A DNA stretch of 64,000 nt from Planctomycetota bacterium (GTDB lineage: Bacteria > Planctomycetota > SZUA-567 > H5-PLA8): contig JBBRPR010000010.1 in the NCBI GenBank assembly GCA_038227875.1, positions 64,001 to 128,000 of the forward strand, written 5' to 3'. Positions 37,332 to 46,963 of the stretch are shown here, in pieces. Made by a program: the position numbers and the translations under genes. The notes beneath the pieces were generated by a model. The model made no database searches. It was not told the DNA's origin and was given only the letters and a program-made list of their open reading frames with translations. Position 1 is the stretch's first letter, and every line of letters starts with the position of its first letter.

Positions 37332-39827
37332 TTACTTGCCGTTCTCGGATTTCGACAATTCTTCATAGTACGCCGCAACGGCGGGCTTGTAGGCACCGGG
37401 GACTTCGTCCTTGCGGAAGTTTTTCATTGCCTTGGATTCTTTTTCTTTCTCGATCTTCTGCGAGAGACCCGCTTCCAGCTTTTCGACATTCGAGAGCATC
37501 GCCTGAACCTGCGCGATGCTGCGTTCGTAATCGCGTTCGAACGCGGGATCTTTTTTAGCGAGCTCTTCCATCATCTTTGCGGTGGCGGGATCGTTCTTGG
37601 CCAATCGCGACGTGACCTTCAGTAACTCAGCATTGAGCTGCTTGTTGGATGCGTTGAGGACCTGGCCCCAACTCGCGGTGACTTCCGAGTGCGGCGCATC
37701 CTTGCCGTTCTCGCTCTTCTGGCCACCTTCGCCCTTTTCGTTTTTGTCGCCGTTCTTTTCGCCATTTTGCGCGGCGGTCTTGTCCGGCTCGCCGGCGCCA
37801 TTTTTCTCACCGCCTTCGGGTTTTGCGGTGCTGGGATTGGCGCCGTTCTTGTCCTGACCTGCTGCCCCCGGATTTTTTGGATCCGGCTTTGCCGCCAAAT
37901 CGGTCTTTCCCTTTTCGCCGGGCGCCGGATCACCTTTATTTGTGCCCTTCGCTTCGACGGCGTCGTTCGCTCCGCCAGCATTCTTCTGCCCACTGTTGGG
38001 TTCGGCCTTGCCGTTGGGGTCCGCTTTCGCGTTGGGGTTAGCCTGTCCGTTGGCCGCCGCGGCCTTGGCGTTCTGTTCGAGGCGGCGCAGGCCGGCGGCG
38101 AGTTCCTTCAACGTATTGAAATCGCGCTCCAGTTTGTGATCGTCTCCACCCGCCAGCGCGTTGTCCGCGGCGTCGAGACGCCGCTGAACCGTGTTGAGTG
38201 TGCTCTGAACCTTGGCCATCGCGGTCGCGGCGCCTTCGGTATCGCCTTCGCCGAGCTTCATCGTCGCGTCGACGGTCGCCTGCTTGGTCTTGCCGCGGGC
38301 GAGGTCCTTCTCTGCCTTGCCGAGTTCTTCGCGCGCGGCGTTTTCGGCGGTGTGCGCGTTGCCGGCCTTGCTGGCGTCGGCGTTGCCGCGAGCTTGCGCC
38401 AGATCCTTCATCGTGGATTGCAGTTCTTCGATTTGAGGTTTCAGCTTGGATTGTTCGAGCATCAACGCGTTCTGGCGATCCTTCTTGACGCTGTCGGGAA
38501 CCGGCGCGCCGCTGGCGTCTTTTCCGGCCTGCTGCGCCTGCCCCAGAATTTTCTGCTGCTGATCCTGAAGCTTCTCGACTTTCTTCTTGATGCCGTTGAG
38601 TGCTTCTTCCATCGATCCGGTGCCGGCCATGCCTGCGTCTTTCAGCGCGTCGTTGATGCGCCGTTCGGCGTCCGCGCTGGCGGCGGCGGCCTGGGTGAGA
38701 TCATTTTTCTCCACAAGATCGGCGACGTGATCGGCAGCCGCGGCGGCCTGGCGGAATTTGTTGGCGAGCTTATTGTTGTCCGCGCCTTTCAACTGCGCGT
38801 ACTGGTTGGCCAGGTCGTTGAGCGCGCGGGCGATGGCTTTTTCCTTCGCGGACACATTTTGAGCCGTGGATGGCGCGTTCTTGCCAGCGGGGTCGGCCTG
38901 ACCCTGCGGGTCGGCATTGGCTGGGTTCGCGGCATTGGCGTCGGGCTTGCCCGCGTTCGCCTGTTTGGGATCGGCGGGATTGGGCTGCCCGCCGTTGGCA
39001 TTGGGTGGGGGCGTGGTGCCGTTCGGCGTTTCCGGTTTGCCCTGCGGATTTGCTTGCGGCGCGCCGGCATTCGCGGCGGCATTGGGCTGCTGATCGGGTT
39101 TGGCGTTGGGATCCTTTGGCGCATTCGGGTCGGCTTGGCCGGCTGCCGCTGCGGCAGCGGGATTTTGTTCCGGTTTCTGATTCTTATCCGGGTTCGGATT
39201 GCCCGCGGCGTGGGCTGGCGGCGGAGCAGCCTGCGACTGGTCGGGCCCGGGCATGACGATCTTGCGGATGTTCTCGTCTTCTTTTGTCTTTGGTTTTTCC
39301 GGGGCGCCTGGTTTTGCCGCGGCAGCCATGCCCTGAATTTCGATCGTGACAGTCTTCTGTTCCGCGTCGATTTTCTTCGCGGCTTCTTCGGTCTGCTGGA
39401 TCAACTTCCGCTTGTACAAACCATTGTCGACGCTATCCGGCGCTCCAGTGCCGGAAGCCAGACCGACCTCGACGATCTGCTCCATGTCACCGGAGGCATC
39501 GACCTTGTCAAAGGGCGTGCCCTTTTCATTTCCCATTGCGACGCCGGCCATCAGCGGCTCACTGCCCTTTAGTGTATTAAGGTGTTGCGAGATCTCGAAG
39601 GCCTTGCGCAGTTCCGCGACCGCTTCGTCGGGTTTGTGGCCGTCGACCAACAGACGGTAGCCTTTTTCGAGCGACTCGTTGGCGGAATCCAGTTCGGCCT
39701 GCTGTTCAGGCGTCAACACGACATGTTTGGGGCCCTTCATTTTTTTGACTGGTGATGGCGGAGCGTCTTCAGCGTGAAGCGCTCCGGTGGCGAGTGCCGC
39801 CAGCATGAATGCCATAACTTTTTTCAT
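37332..39827 (-). CDS. Secreted coiled-coil, low-complexity protein (DUF4175 C-terminal-like)
   Basis: Signal peptide; Q/A/K helical repeats and N/P/G-rich linkers; ends VPGAYKPAVAAYYEELSK, the typical DUF4175-like C-terminus. Confidence 0.7.
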   Translation of the reverse strand: MKKVMAFMLAALATGALHAEDAPPSPVKKMKGPKHVVLTPEQQAELDSANESLEKGYRLLVDGHKPDEAVAELRKAFEISQHLNTLKGSEPLMAGVAMGNEKGTPFDKVDASGDMEQIVEVGLASGTGAPDSVDNGLYKRKLIQQTEEAAKKIDAEQKTVTIEIQGMAAAAKPGAPEKPKTKEDENIRKIVMPGPDQSQAAPPPAHAAGNPNPDKNQKPEQNPAAAAAAGQADPNAPKDPNAKPDQQPNAAANAGAPQANPQGKPETPNGTTPPPNANGGQPNPADPKQANAGKPDANAANPANADPQGQADPAGKNAPSTAQNVSAKEKAIARALNDLANQYAQLKGADNNKLANKFRQAAAAADHVADLVEKNDLTQAAAASADAERRINDALKDAGMAGTGSMEEALNGIKKKVEKLQDQQQKILGQAQQAGKDASGAPVPDSVKKDRQNALMLEQSKLKPQIEELQSTMKDLAQARGNADASKAGNAHTAENAAREELGKAEKDLARGKTKQATVDATMKLGEGDTEGAATAMAKVQSTLNTVQRRLDAADNALAGGDDHKLERDFNTLKELAAGLRRLEQNAKAAAANGQANPNAKADPNGKAEPNSGQKNAGGANDAVEAKGTNKGDPAPGEKGKTDLAAKPDPKNPGAAGQDKNGANPSTAKPEGGEKNGAGEPDKTAAQNGEKNGDKNEKGEGGQKSENGKDAPHSEVTASWGQVLNASNKQLNAELLKVTSRLAKNDPATAKMMEELAKKDPAFERDYERSIAQVQAMLSNVEKLEAGLSQKIEKEKESKAMKNFRKDEVPGAYKPAVAAYYEELSKSENGK

Positions 39828-40024
39828 CGACGATCCTCAAGGGCAAATATGCGTGTGATGCGGCGAAAAAGCCGGTACTCGACATAAACTTCAAACGCTC
39901 GAAGTGTCGATTAAAAACGATCCTAAAAAACACCTGTCTCACAGGCGAGACTCTTGAAATTGATTCTGCTCAATTGATCTGGCGGGGGTAGTCCACTTTG
40001 CGCCCGTAAATTCAACGCGCGGAG

Positions 40025-41029
40025 GTGACCATGGCAGAAGCTGACCCGGGTATTCTGAAAGAAATCGCCGAATTCCGCGACGACATGCGGGAGGCGCTGA
40101 GCGAGGTGATCGTCGGCCAGCCGGAAGCAATCGATCACGTGCTCGTCGCTTTTCTCACCGGCGGCCACGTGCTGCTCACCGGCGGCGCGGCGACCGCGAA
40201 GGGACTGCTCGTACAATGCATGTCCAAAGTCGCGAACCTGGGCTTCAAGCGCATTCAGTTTACTCCCGATTTGATGCCTTCCGACATCACCGGCTCGGAA
40301 GTGCTCGAAGACAACGCGGGCGCGAAATCCGAAGGACGCAGCACGCGCTTTGTCTCCGGCCCGATCTTTACCAATCTGCTGCTCGCCGACGAAATCAATC
40401 GCACGCCGCCGAAGACTCAGGCCGCGCTGCTGGAAGCGATGCAGGAAAAACAAGTCACCAGCGGTGGCGTCACGCGTCCGCTGCCGGCTCCATTTTTCGT
40501 GATGGCCACCAAGACGTCCGTCGAAACCGACGGCACGTACGCCCTCCCCGAAGCGCAGCAGGATCGTTTCATGCTCAACGTCGAGATGATTCCACTGAGC
40601 GAAGAAGAGGAAATGCGGGTGGTGCTCGAAGATCCCGCGACGTTTCTTGACGAACTGACCGAGATCATCGACGGACCGGGCTTGATCCGTTTTCAGCAAG
40701 CCGTGCGCGCCGTTGAAATTCCCAAAGCGGTGCAGAAATACATCGTCGACCTCAGCGGCGCGTCGCGACCGAACATGCCGGGCGGCGCGGCGGCGATCAC
40801 CAAATACGTGGCGTGGGGTGCCGGCGTGCGTGCGACGCAGTGTCTGGCGCTGGGCTGCAAAGCGCGCGCGGCGATGGAAGGCCGCAAGGCGGCGACAAGC
40901 GCTGATGTCAAAGCCGTCGCACTGCCGGTGATGCGTCACCGCATCGGCGTAAATTTCCGCGCGGAGAACGAAGGCATTACGTCGTCGAAGCTGGTCGGCA
41001 TGTTGATCGAGAGCGTCAAGGCTCCCTGA
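40025..41029 (+). CDS. MoxR family AAA+ protein with degenerate Walker A
   Basis: RIQFTPDLMPSD, LLADEINRTPPKTQAALLEAM, DRF; Walker A reads GGAATAKG. Confidence 0.88.
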   Translation: MTMAEADPGILKEIAEFRDDMREALSEVIVGQPEAIDHVLVAFLTGGHVLLTGGAATAKGLLVQCMSKVANLGFKRIQFTPDLMPSDITGSEVLEDNAGAKSEGRSTRFVSGPIFTNLLLADEINRTPPKTQAALLEAMQEKQVTSGGVTRPLPAPFFVMATKTSVETDGTYALPEAQQDRFMLNVEMIPLSEEEEMRVVLEDPATFLDELTEIIDGPGLIRFQQAVRAVEIPKAVQKYIVDLSGASRPNMPGGAAAITKYVAWGAGVRATQCLALGCKARAAMEGRKAATSADVKAVALPVMRHRIGVNFRAENEGITSSKLVGMLIESVKAP

Positions 41030-41032
41030 ATT

Positions 41033-41057
41033 TGCCGATGATTTGGAATCGTCGGCA
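41033..41057 (+). terminator. Hairpin between the two moxR genes
   Basis: TGCCGATGATT-TGG-AATCGTCGGCA stem-loop, weak U tail. Confidence 0.45.
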
Positions 41058-41138
41058 TAAATTTATCCTATGTTCAAAAAGAAACAGTTCGTTGCAAATT
41101 TGTGTGAGTTTTCGTGCGGGTGTTGAGAAGGAGAAACC

Positions 41139-42149
41139 ATGACAGCTCCACAAGCGGCGACCGGCAAGGAAAGCGTGGTGCGCGTGCAGAAAGCGCGCGA
41201 CGCGATTCTGTCGGAAGTTCAGAAGGTCATCATCGGGCAGCACGACATTGTCGAAAACGTGCTCACCAGCTTTTTCGCCGGCGGCCACTGCCTGATTACC
41301 GGCGTGCCGGGCCTGGCGAAAACGCTGCTGATCTCCAGTCTCGGCAGCGTGCTGGCGCTGAAATTCAAGCGCATCCAGTTCACGCCCGACCTGATGCCCT
41401 CCGACATCGTTGGCCACGAAATCCTGACTGAAAAAGACGGCAAGCGCGTGCTCTCGTTCGTCAACGGTCCGATCTTCAGCAACATTGTGCTGGCCGACGA
41501 AATCAACCGCACGCCGCCCAAGACGCAAGCCGCGCTGCTCGAAGCGATGCAGGAACATCAAGTCACCAGCGGCGGCATCAGCCGCAAGCTGGAAGAGCCG
41601 TTTTTCGTGCTCGCGACGCAGAATCCGATCGAACAGGAAGGCACCTATCCGCTCCCGCTGGCACAGCAGGATCGCTTCATGTTCAGCCTGATCATCGGCT
41701 ACCCGACACCCGAAGAAGAAATTCAGATTCTCGACAACACCACGTCGAATCGCAAAATCGCATTGAAGTCCGCGATCACCGGGCCGGAATTGTTGGAAGC
41801 GCAGAAGATTGTCCACGCGCTTCCCGTCGCCGCGCCGCTGGCACGTTACGCGGTGCAACTCGCGGCGTCTTCGCGGCCGTACAACAAGGACGCGCCGGAT
41901 TACGTGCGCCAGTACGTCTCGATTGGCGCGAGCTTGCGCGGGTCCCAGTACTTGATTCAAGGCGCGCGAGCCCGGGCCGTGATGGCGGGCCGACTCGCCG
42001 TCTCGCTCGACGACATTCGCGCCGTCTCGACGGCCGTACTGCGCCACCGCATCGTGGTGAATTTCAAGGCTGATGCGGCGAAAGTGAATTCCGACGAAAT
42101 CATCCGTCGTCTGATCGAAACCGTGCCCGCGCCGAAGGCGAAGCTCTAA
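41139..42149 (+). CDS. moxR: MoxR family AAA+ ATPase
   Basis: GVPGLAKT, RIQFTPDLMPSD, DEINR, ATQNPIEQEGTYPLP, DRF. Confidence 0.93.
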   Translation: MTAPQAATGKESVVRVQKARDAILSEVQKVIIGQHDIVENVLTSFFAGGHCLITGVPGLAKTLLISSLGSVLALKFKRIQFTPDLMPSDIVGHEILTEKDGKRVLSFVNGPIFSNIVLADEINRTPPKTQAALLEAMQEHQVTSGGISRKLEEPFFVLATQNPIEQEGTYPLPLAQQDRFMFSLIIGYPTPEEEIQILDNTTSNRKIALKSAITGPELLEAQKIVHALPVAAPLARYAVQLAASSRPYNKDAPDYVRQYVSIGASLRGSQYLIQGARARAVMAGRLAVSLDDIRAVSTAVLRHRIVVNFKADAAKVNSDEIIRRLIETVPAPKAKL

Positions 42150-42156
42150 AAAGGTA

Positions 42157-43080
42157 GTGCCCGAGGACTGGATTGTGGCAAAGACCCCGTCGGCCAAACC
42201 CGAACTGCTCGACACCGCGACGCTGGCGCGGCTCAACAGCCTGCAGCTGCTGGCGAAGACGGTCGTTGAAGGATTTATTCTCGGGTTGCATAAATCGCCG
42301 TTCCAGGGCGTCAGCGTCGAATTCGCGGAATACCGCGCTTATGTTCCCGGCGATGACATCAAACACATCGACTGGAAAGTTTACGCGCGCAGCGACCGGC
42401 ATTTCATCAAGCTTTTCGAAGAAGAGACAAATCTCGCCTGCCATGTGGTGCTCGACGCCAGCGGTTCGATGGCCTACGGCTCGCAGCCACTGACGAAACT
42501 GGAGTACGCTGCGCGCATGGCCGCGTGCCTCTGCTATTTCATGATGGGCCAGCGCGACGCCGCGGGGCTGGCGGTGTTCGACACGGAAGTGAAAGCGTTC
42601 CTGCCCGCGCGCTTGCGGCAGAGCCAGCTGCAACACATTCTTTCCACGCTGGAAGAGACCAAACCCGGCGCGGAAACGGACCTCGCCGGACCGCTTCATT
42701 CGGTCGCGGAAACGATCAAGAAGCGCGGCATGGTCGTCGTGATCAGTGATCTGCTCTCCGATGTCGAGCCGCTGGTCGAAGCGCTCCAGCATCTCAAATT
42801 TTCCGGTCATGACGTGCTCGTTTTCCAGGTGCTCGATCCCGATGAAATCGAATTTCCGTTCTCGAAACTGACGGAGTTCACCGACCTGGAAACCGGCGAG
42901 CGGCTGAAGACCTCTGGCCGGTCCGTGCGCGACGAATACATCAAGGAATTCAATACGCATCAGAAAGCCATTCAGGACGCGCTGGCCGATTTGAAGATCG
43001 ACTTCGCGCGCTTCGACACGCGCATGCCGCTGGATTTTGCGCTTTCGGAATACCTCTACCGTCGCGGGAGAAGTGGATGA
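42157..43080 (+). CDS. DUF58 domain protein
   Basis: GVSVEFAEYRAYVPGDDIKHIDWK, FEEETN, DASGSM, ISDL. Confidence 0.92.
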   Translation: MPEDWIVAKTPSAKPELLDTATLARLNSLQLLAKTVVEGFILGLHKSPFQGVSVEFAEYRAYVPGDDIKHIDWKVYARSDRHFIKLFEEETNLACHVVLDASGSMAYGSQPLTKLEYAARMAACLCYFMMGQRDAAGLAVFDTEVKAFLPARLRQSQLQHILSTLEETKPGAETDLAGPLHSVAETIKKRGMVVVISDLLSDVEPLVEALQHLKFSGHDVLVFQVLDPDEIEFPFSKLTEFTDLETGERLKTSGRSVRDEYIKEFNTHQKAIQDALADLKIDFARFDTRMPLDFALSEYLYRRGRSG

Positions 43081-45095
43081 CCTGGCTTACCCCGTCGCTG
43101 CTCTGGTTCGCGCTGCTGGGCGCGGTACCGATTCTGCTTCACTTTCTGTTGCGGGAGCGCGTGCAGAAAGTCGCATTCAGCGCGATGCGTTTTTTGCGCA
43201 AGCAGAGCCGCGAGGTGCTGTCGCGCAAGAAGTGGCTGGAATGGCTGCTGACGATATTGCGCGTCGCGTGCATCATGCTGCTGGTCGCTGCGTTTGCGCG
43301 TCCGTTCTTCGCGAGCGGAATCGATGCTGCCGGAAAATTCGGCTCCGACACCTACATTCTGCTGGACACCTCGCGCTCGATGACCTTCGGCACGCGTTTC
43401 GCCGATGCCCAGGCGCAAGCCGAGCAGCTCGCCAAGGCAGCTGCGGGCGATTCGCGCATCACTGTCGTCACGTTCGGCGGTGCCGAACAAATTCACTTCA
43501 GCGAACCGGGGGATGCTACGGCCGCTGTCGACGCGATTCATCATGCCGCAGCGACAGCTGGCTCGACGGACGTCTTCGCGGCGATCGACAAAGTGCTGGA
43601 GACCGTGAAACAGCACAATGGCAGCGGCGAAGTTCATCTGATCTCCGATCTCCAGGCGTCGGGACTTCCGCGCAATCGCGATGTCCGGAAGCTACCGCCC
43701 TCCTACAAATTCGTAGTTCACGCCATCGCGGGAAAACTGCCCGAAGCCGGCGGCGTGGCTATAGAAGGTGGCGCGTTCTCCGCTGATGTCACCCCCGGGG
43801 AACAGAATTTCAGTGTTGCCGCGCGCGTTCACAACCGTGGCCCGGCGCGCGAAGTTGAGGCCCAGCTGAAAATCGCCGGCAAGAGTATCGCCACCAAACG
43901 CATTCAACTGGCCGCCAACGGAGAGACCGCGCTAACGCTCGGCGGCACGCTGCGCGACGTTGGCGAACATCCCGGTCAAGTTGTGATTACCGGCGCGCCT
44001 GTGATTCTGCCAGGCGACGACGCGTACAATTTTATCGTTCGCGTGGTGAAGAAAGTGAAAGTCGTTGTCGTCAACGGCCATCCCAGCAAGAACGAAAAGG
44101 ACGACGCCGCCTATTACATTCTCGCCGCGTTGAACGCCGGCGACGACAGCCCGTACAGCGCCAAGGCCTACGAAACGCTCCCCGACCTGAAAGACGTCAA
44201 CGTGGTCATTCTCTCCGCGCTCTCGACGTTGCCTCCGGCGGATGTGAAGCGCCTGGAAGAGTTCGTGAAGTCTGGCGGAGGAATGATGATCAGCGCCGGC
44301 CCCGGCGTCAACGCGGCATCGTTTGACGCGAGCATCGGCACGATCTCGCCCGCGAAATTGCGCGCGTGGACGGCCGGCGACGATCTGTTCCTGATGCCTG
44401 CCAACGCGCATCACTCCTTGGTCACGCGGATCGTTTCCGAAGGCGGCGGCGATCTTACGGCCGGACGTTTCAACGGATACTGGGACCTGAAAGATTCGCA
44501 GGAAGCTGATGTCGTCCTGCGCTTCAGCAACAATCGTCCCGCGCTGCTGCAAGGTCACCTCGGCAATGGCACCACGATTTTCTTTCCCGCCGCGATGGAT
44601 ATGCGCGCCGGCGATTTTCCCCTGCACGGCATTTTCGTGCCCTTCATTCGCGAGGCCGTACGAATTCTGCAGGACCACGGCACGAAAGCCGCCAGCGTCC
44701 TCGCTGGGGAATCCTATCAACTCGGCGCCGATGGCAGCATCGAAGGCCCGGACGGGAAAATTCAGCGCAGCGAGAAGTCTGCCGTGGCCGTGACACTCAG
44801 TGCGCCGGGCATCTATAAGGTGACGCAGTCGAACACCACCGAACTCCTGGCCGTGAATGGCGACGTGAAGGAATCCGACCTCACGCCCGCGTCTGCTTCC
44901 GATCTCGAGAAGATGATTGCCTCCGCGCCAGAAACTGAAGTTCGCCGCACGGCCGAAGGTTTCGAACGCGTGCTTAGCGGCGACGCGCGGGTGGGGGCGG
45001 AGCACAAACAGAATATCGGCTGGTACTGTCTGCTCACCGTCGCGGCGTTGTGTCTGACGGAACTTTACGTGGCCCAGCTTGCATCGAGGAAATAA
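43077..45095 (+). CDS. BatA N-terminal + vWA domain membrane protein
   Basis: PILLHFL...FSAMRFL...AFARP BatA motif; DTSRSM, ISDLQ; C-terminal TM. Confidence 0.88.
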   Translation: MTWLTPSLLWFALLGAVPILLHFLLRERVQKVAFSAMRFLRKQSREVLSRKKWLEWLLTILRVACIMLLVAAFARPFFASGIDAAGKFGSDTYILLDTSRSMTFGTRFADAQAQAEQLAKAAAGDSRITVVTFGGAEQIHFSEPGDATAAVDAIHHAAATAGSTDVFAAIDKVLETVKQHNGSGEVHLISDLQASGLPRNRDVRKLPPSYKFVVHAIAGKLPEAGGVAIEGGAFSADVTPGEQNFSVAARVHNRGPAREVEAQLKIAGKSIATKRIQLAANGETALTLGGTLRDVGEHPGQVVITGAPVILPGDDAYNFIVRVVKKVKVVVVNGHPSKNEKDDAAYYILAALNAGDDSPYSAKAYETLPDLKDVNVVILSALSTLPPADVKRLEEFVKSGGGMMISAGPGVNAASFDASIGTISPAKLRAWTAGDDLFLMPANAHHSLVTRIVSEGGGDLTAGRFNGYWDLKDSQEADVVLRFSNNRPALLQGHLGNGTTIFFPAAMDMRAGDFPLHGIFVPFIREAVRILQDHGTKAASVLAGESYQLGADGSIEGPDGKIQRSEKSAVAVTLSAPGIYKVTQSNTTELLAVNGDVKESDLTPASASDLEKMIASAPETEVRRTAEGFERVLSGDARVGAEHKQNIGWYCLLTVAALCLTELYVAQLASRK

Positions 45096-46849
45096 TGACA
45101 GAGCTGCAGCGAAAAATCGATGCGGTGCGCGGCGCGTGGCGGCGCACAGAGATGCTCAAAGGCGTCGCCGCGCTGATTTCCGACGCGATAGTGATTGTGC
45201 TGGCCCTGATCGCCATCGACGCGATTTATCACCTCGCCGCGCCGATCCGCGGCGGACTGCTGCTAGTTGGACTCGGGATTCTTGCCGGCGCCGCGTTTCT
45301 TGCATTGTTGAAACCGCTCAAGAAAAAGCATCAAGACGGCGACCTGGCGCTCTACGTTGAAAATCGATTTCCCGATTTGAAAGGCACGCTCATCGCCGCC
45401 GTGGAGTTCGAAGGCCGCGACGCCAGCAGCCCGATGCAGGCCGGCCTGATCGAATCGCTCGTCACCGACTGCCTGGAACGCGCTGCCAAGGTCAACATCG
45501 CCGATGCCATCGACAAAGGGCGGCTGAAGACACGCGTGATCGCTGCCGCCGTGCTGCTCGCGTTTTTTCTCGGCGCGGTGTTGATCAAGCCGCAACTGTT
45601 CCAGCATCAGCTCGCCCGCGTTCTGACGCCGTGGGTCGATGTACCGCTCAGCGAATCCGAGCAGGCGCTGCTGCGCGAAAAGGAAGAGCAGAAAGCCCGG
45701 GCTGAGCAGGTGCTTCATCAGATGGAGGAAGCCGCCAAGCCCATTAAGATCGAACTGAATGTGATGCCCGGCAATACGGATGTGATTCGCGGCGGAGAAC
45801 TGGCGATCGATGCCGGCGCCAACAAGATTACCGCGATTCCCGTGCTGAAATTCAAAGGCAGCGACGGCGAATGGCGCAAGCTGGAGATGAACGAAGACCC
45901 GTCGCGGCCCGAACACTACACCCGTACGCTCAGCGACCTCAGCGAGGACGTCACGTACCGCGTCGCGATGAAAGACGTCGAATCACCGGAATACACGATC
46001 CACGTTTTCGATCCGGCCACAATCAAGAACCTGCGCCTGACGTACCACTTTCCGAAGTTCATGGAGAAGCCCGATCACATCGTCACGGGCATGGACGGCA
46101 ATATCGAGGCGCTCGAAGGGTCCACGGTCGACATCGCACTGCTGGCGACGGGGCCGTTGAAGTCTGGCAAATTGGCGCTGAGCAGCGGCGAAATAGTCAC
46201 GATGTCCGCGACGGGCAACGAAGTTTCCGGCACGATCACCGTCGACAAACCCGGCGACTACAGCATCGTCGCCACCGACACGCGCGGAGCGTCGCTCGCG
46301 CCGCCGACGCGCTTTTCGATCACTCCGCTCAAGCCGTTGCCGCCGACGCTGGACGTCGTCTACCCGGCGCTCGATTCGCTGGTTCATCCCATGGAAGAAA
46401 TCGCGTTCGCCGCGAAAGTCGAAGGCAGCGTCGGTCTGAAGGAAGTGCGCCTCCATTCGTTCTACAACAGTGAAGCCGAGCAAGTCCAGCGCGTCTCGTG
46501 TCGCGAAAACGATCAGCCCGCGACGATGAAACTGGCGGAATTCGTCATCGATCTGGAGAAGCGCAAGAACGTCCAGGCCGGCGACACGATTCTCTATCAC
46601 TTCGAAGCCGAAGACATGAAGGGTCAGGTGTCGTCGAGCGACGTGTACTCCGTGACCGTCCGCGCGATCGAATCGTTCTCCGCCTACGGATATCATCCCG
46701 TCATGCCCGCGCACGGCTATGCCGGCCCGGCGCTGATCAATGTCATCGGCGCCGCGTGGGATCTGCACACCAAAGAGAAAACGATGACCCCCGAAGAATT
46801 CAAAGCCGCCTGCGAAAAAGTGGCGCGTGCGCTGGAAGACAATCACTAG
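45095..46849 (+). CDS. DUF4175-like N-terminal membrane protein with Ig-like repeats
   Basis: Three TMs, ALYVENRFPDL, PGNTDVIRGG, DGNIEALEGS, AGDTILYHFEAED; TAATG coupling with the upstream gene. Confidence 0.72.
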   Translation: MTELQRKIDAVRGAWRRTEMLKGVAALISDAIVIVLALIAIDAIYHLAAPIRGGLLLVGLGILAGAAFLALLKPLKKKHQDGDLALYVENRFPDLKGTLIAAVEFEGRDASSPMQAGLIESLVTDCLERAAKVNIADAIDKGRLKTRVIAAAVLLAFFLGAVLIKPQLFQHQLARVLTPWVDVPLSESEQALLREKEEQKARAEQVLHQMEEAAKPIKIELNVMPGNTDVIRGGELAIDAGANKITAIPVLKFKGSDGEWRKLEMNEDPSRPEHYTRTLSDLSEDVTYRVAMKDVESPEYTIHVFDPATIKNLRLTYHFPKFMEKPDHIVTGMDGNIEALEGSTVDIALLATGPLKSGKLALSSGEIVTMSATGNEVSGTITVDKPGDYSIVATDTRGASLAPPTRFSITPLKPLPPTLDVVYPALDSLVHPMEEIAFAAKVEGSVGLKEVRLHSFYNSEAEQVQRVSCRENDQPATMKLAEFVIDLEKRKNVQAGDTILYHFEAEDMKGQVSSSDVYSVTVRAIESFSAYGYHPVMPAHGYAGPALINVIGAAWDLHTKEKTMTPEEFKAACEKVARALEDNH

Positions 46850-46963
46850 TCATTTCGAAACGGCAATGCCACCGGGCCTCGCTTCTGCTAAAATGCAGAG
46901 CGTGCGTCGGGCGGTGTGCCTTGCGCTGCCCGTTTGTTCCGAACTTTGTGGCTCCTTTCCGTC

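Noticed and set aside
37689..39572. 627-aa hydrophobic-looking plus-strand ORF
   Set aside because: Mirror of the K/N/Q/A-rich minus-strand gene.
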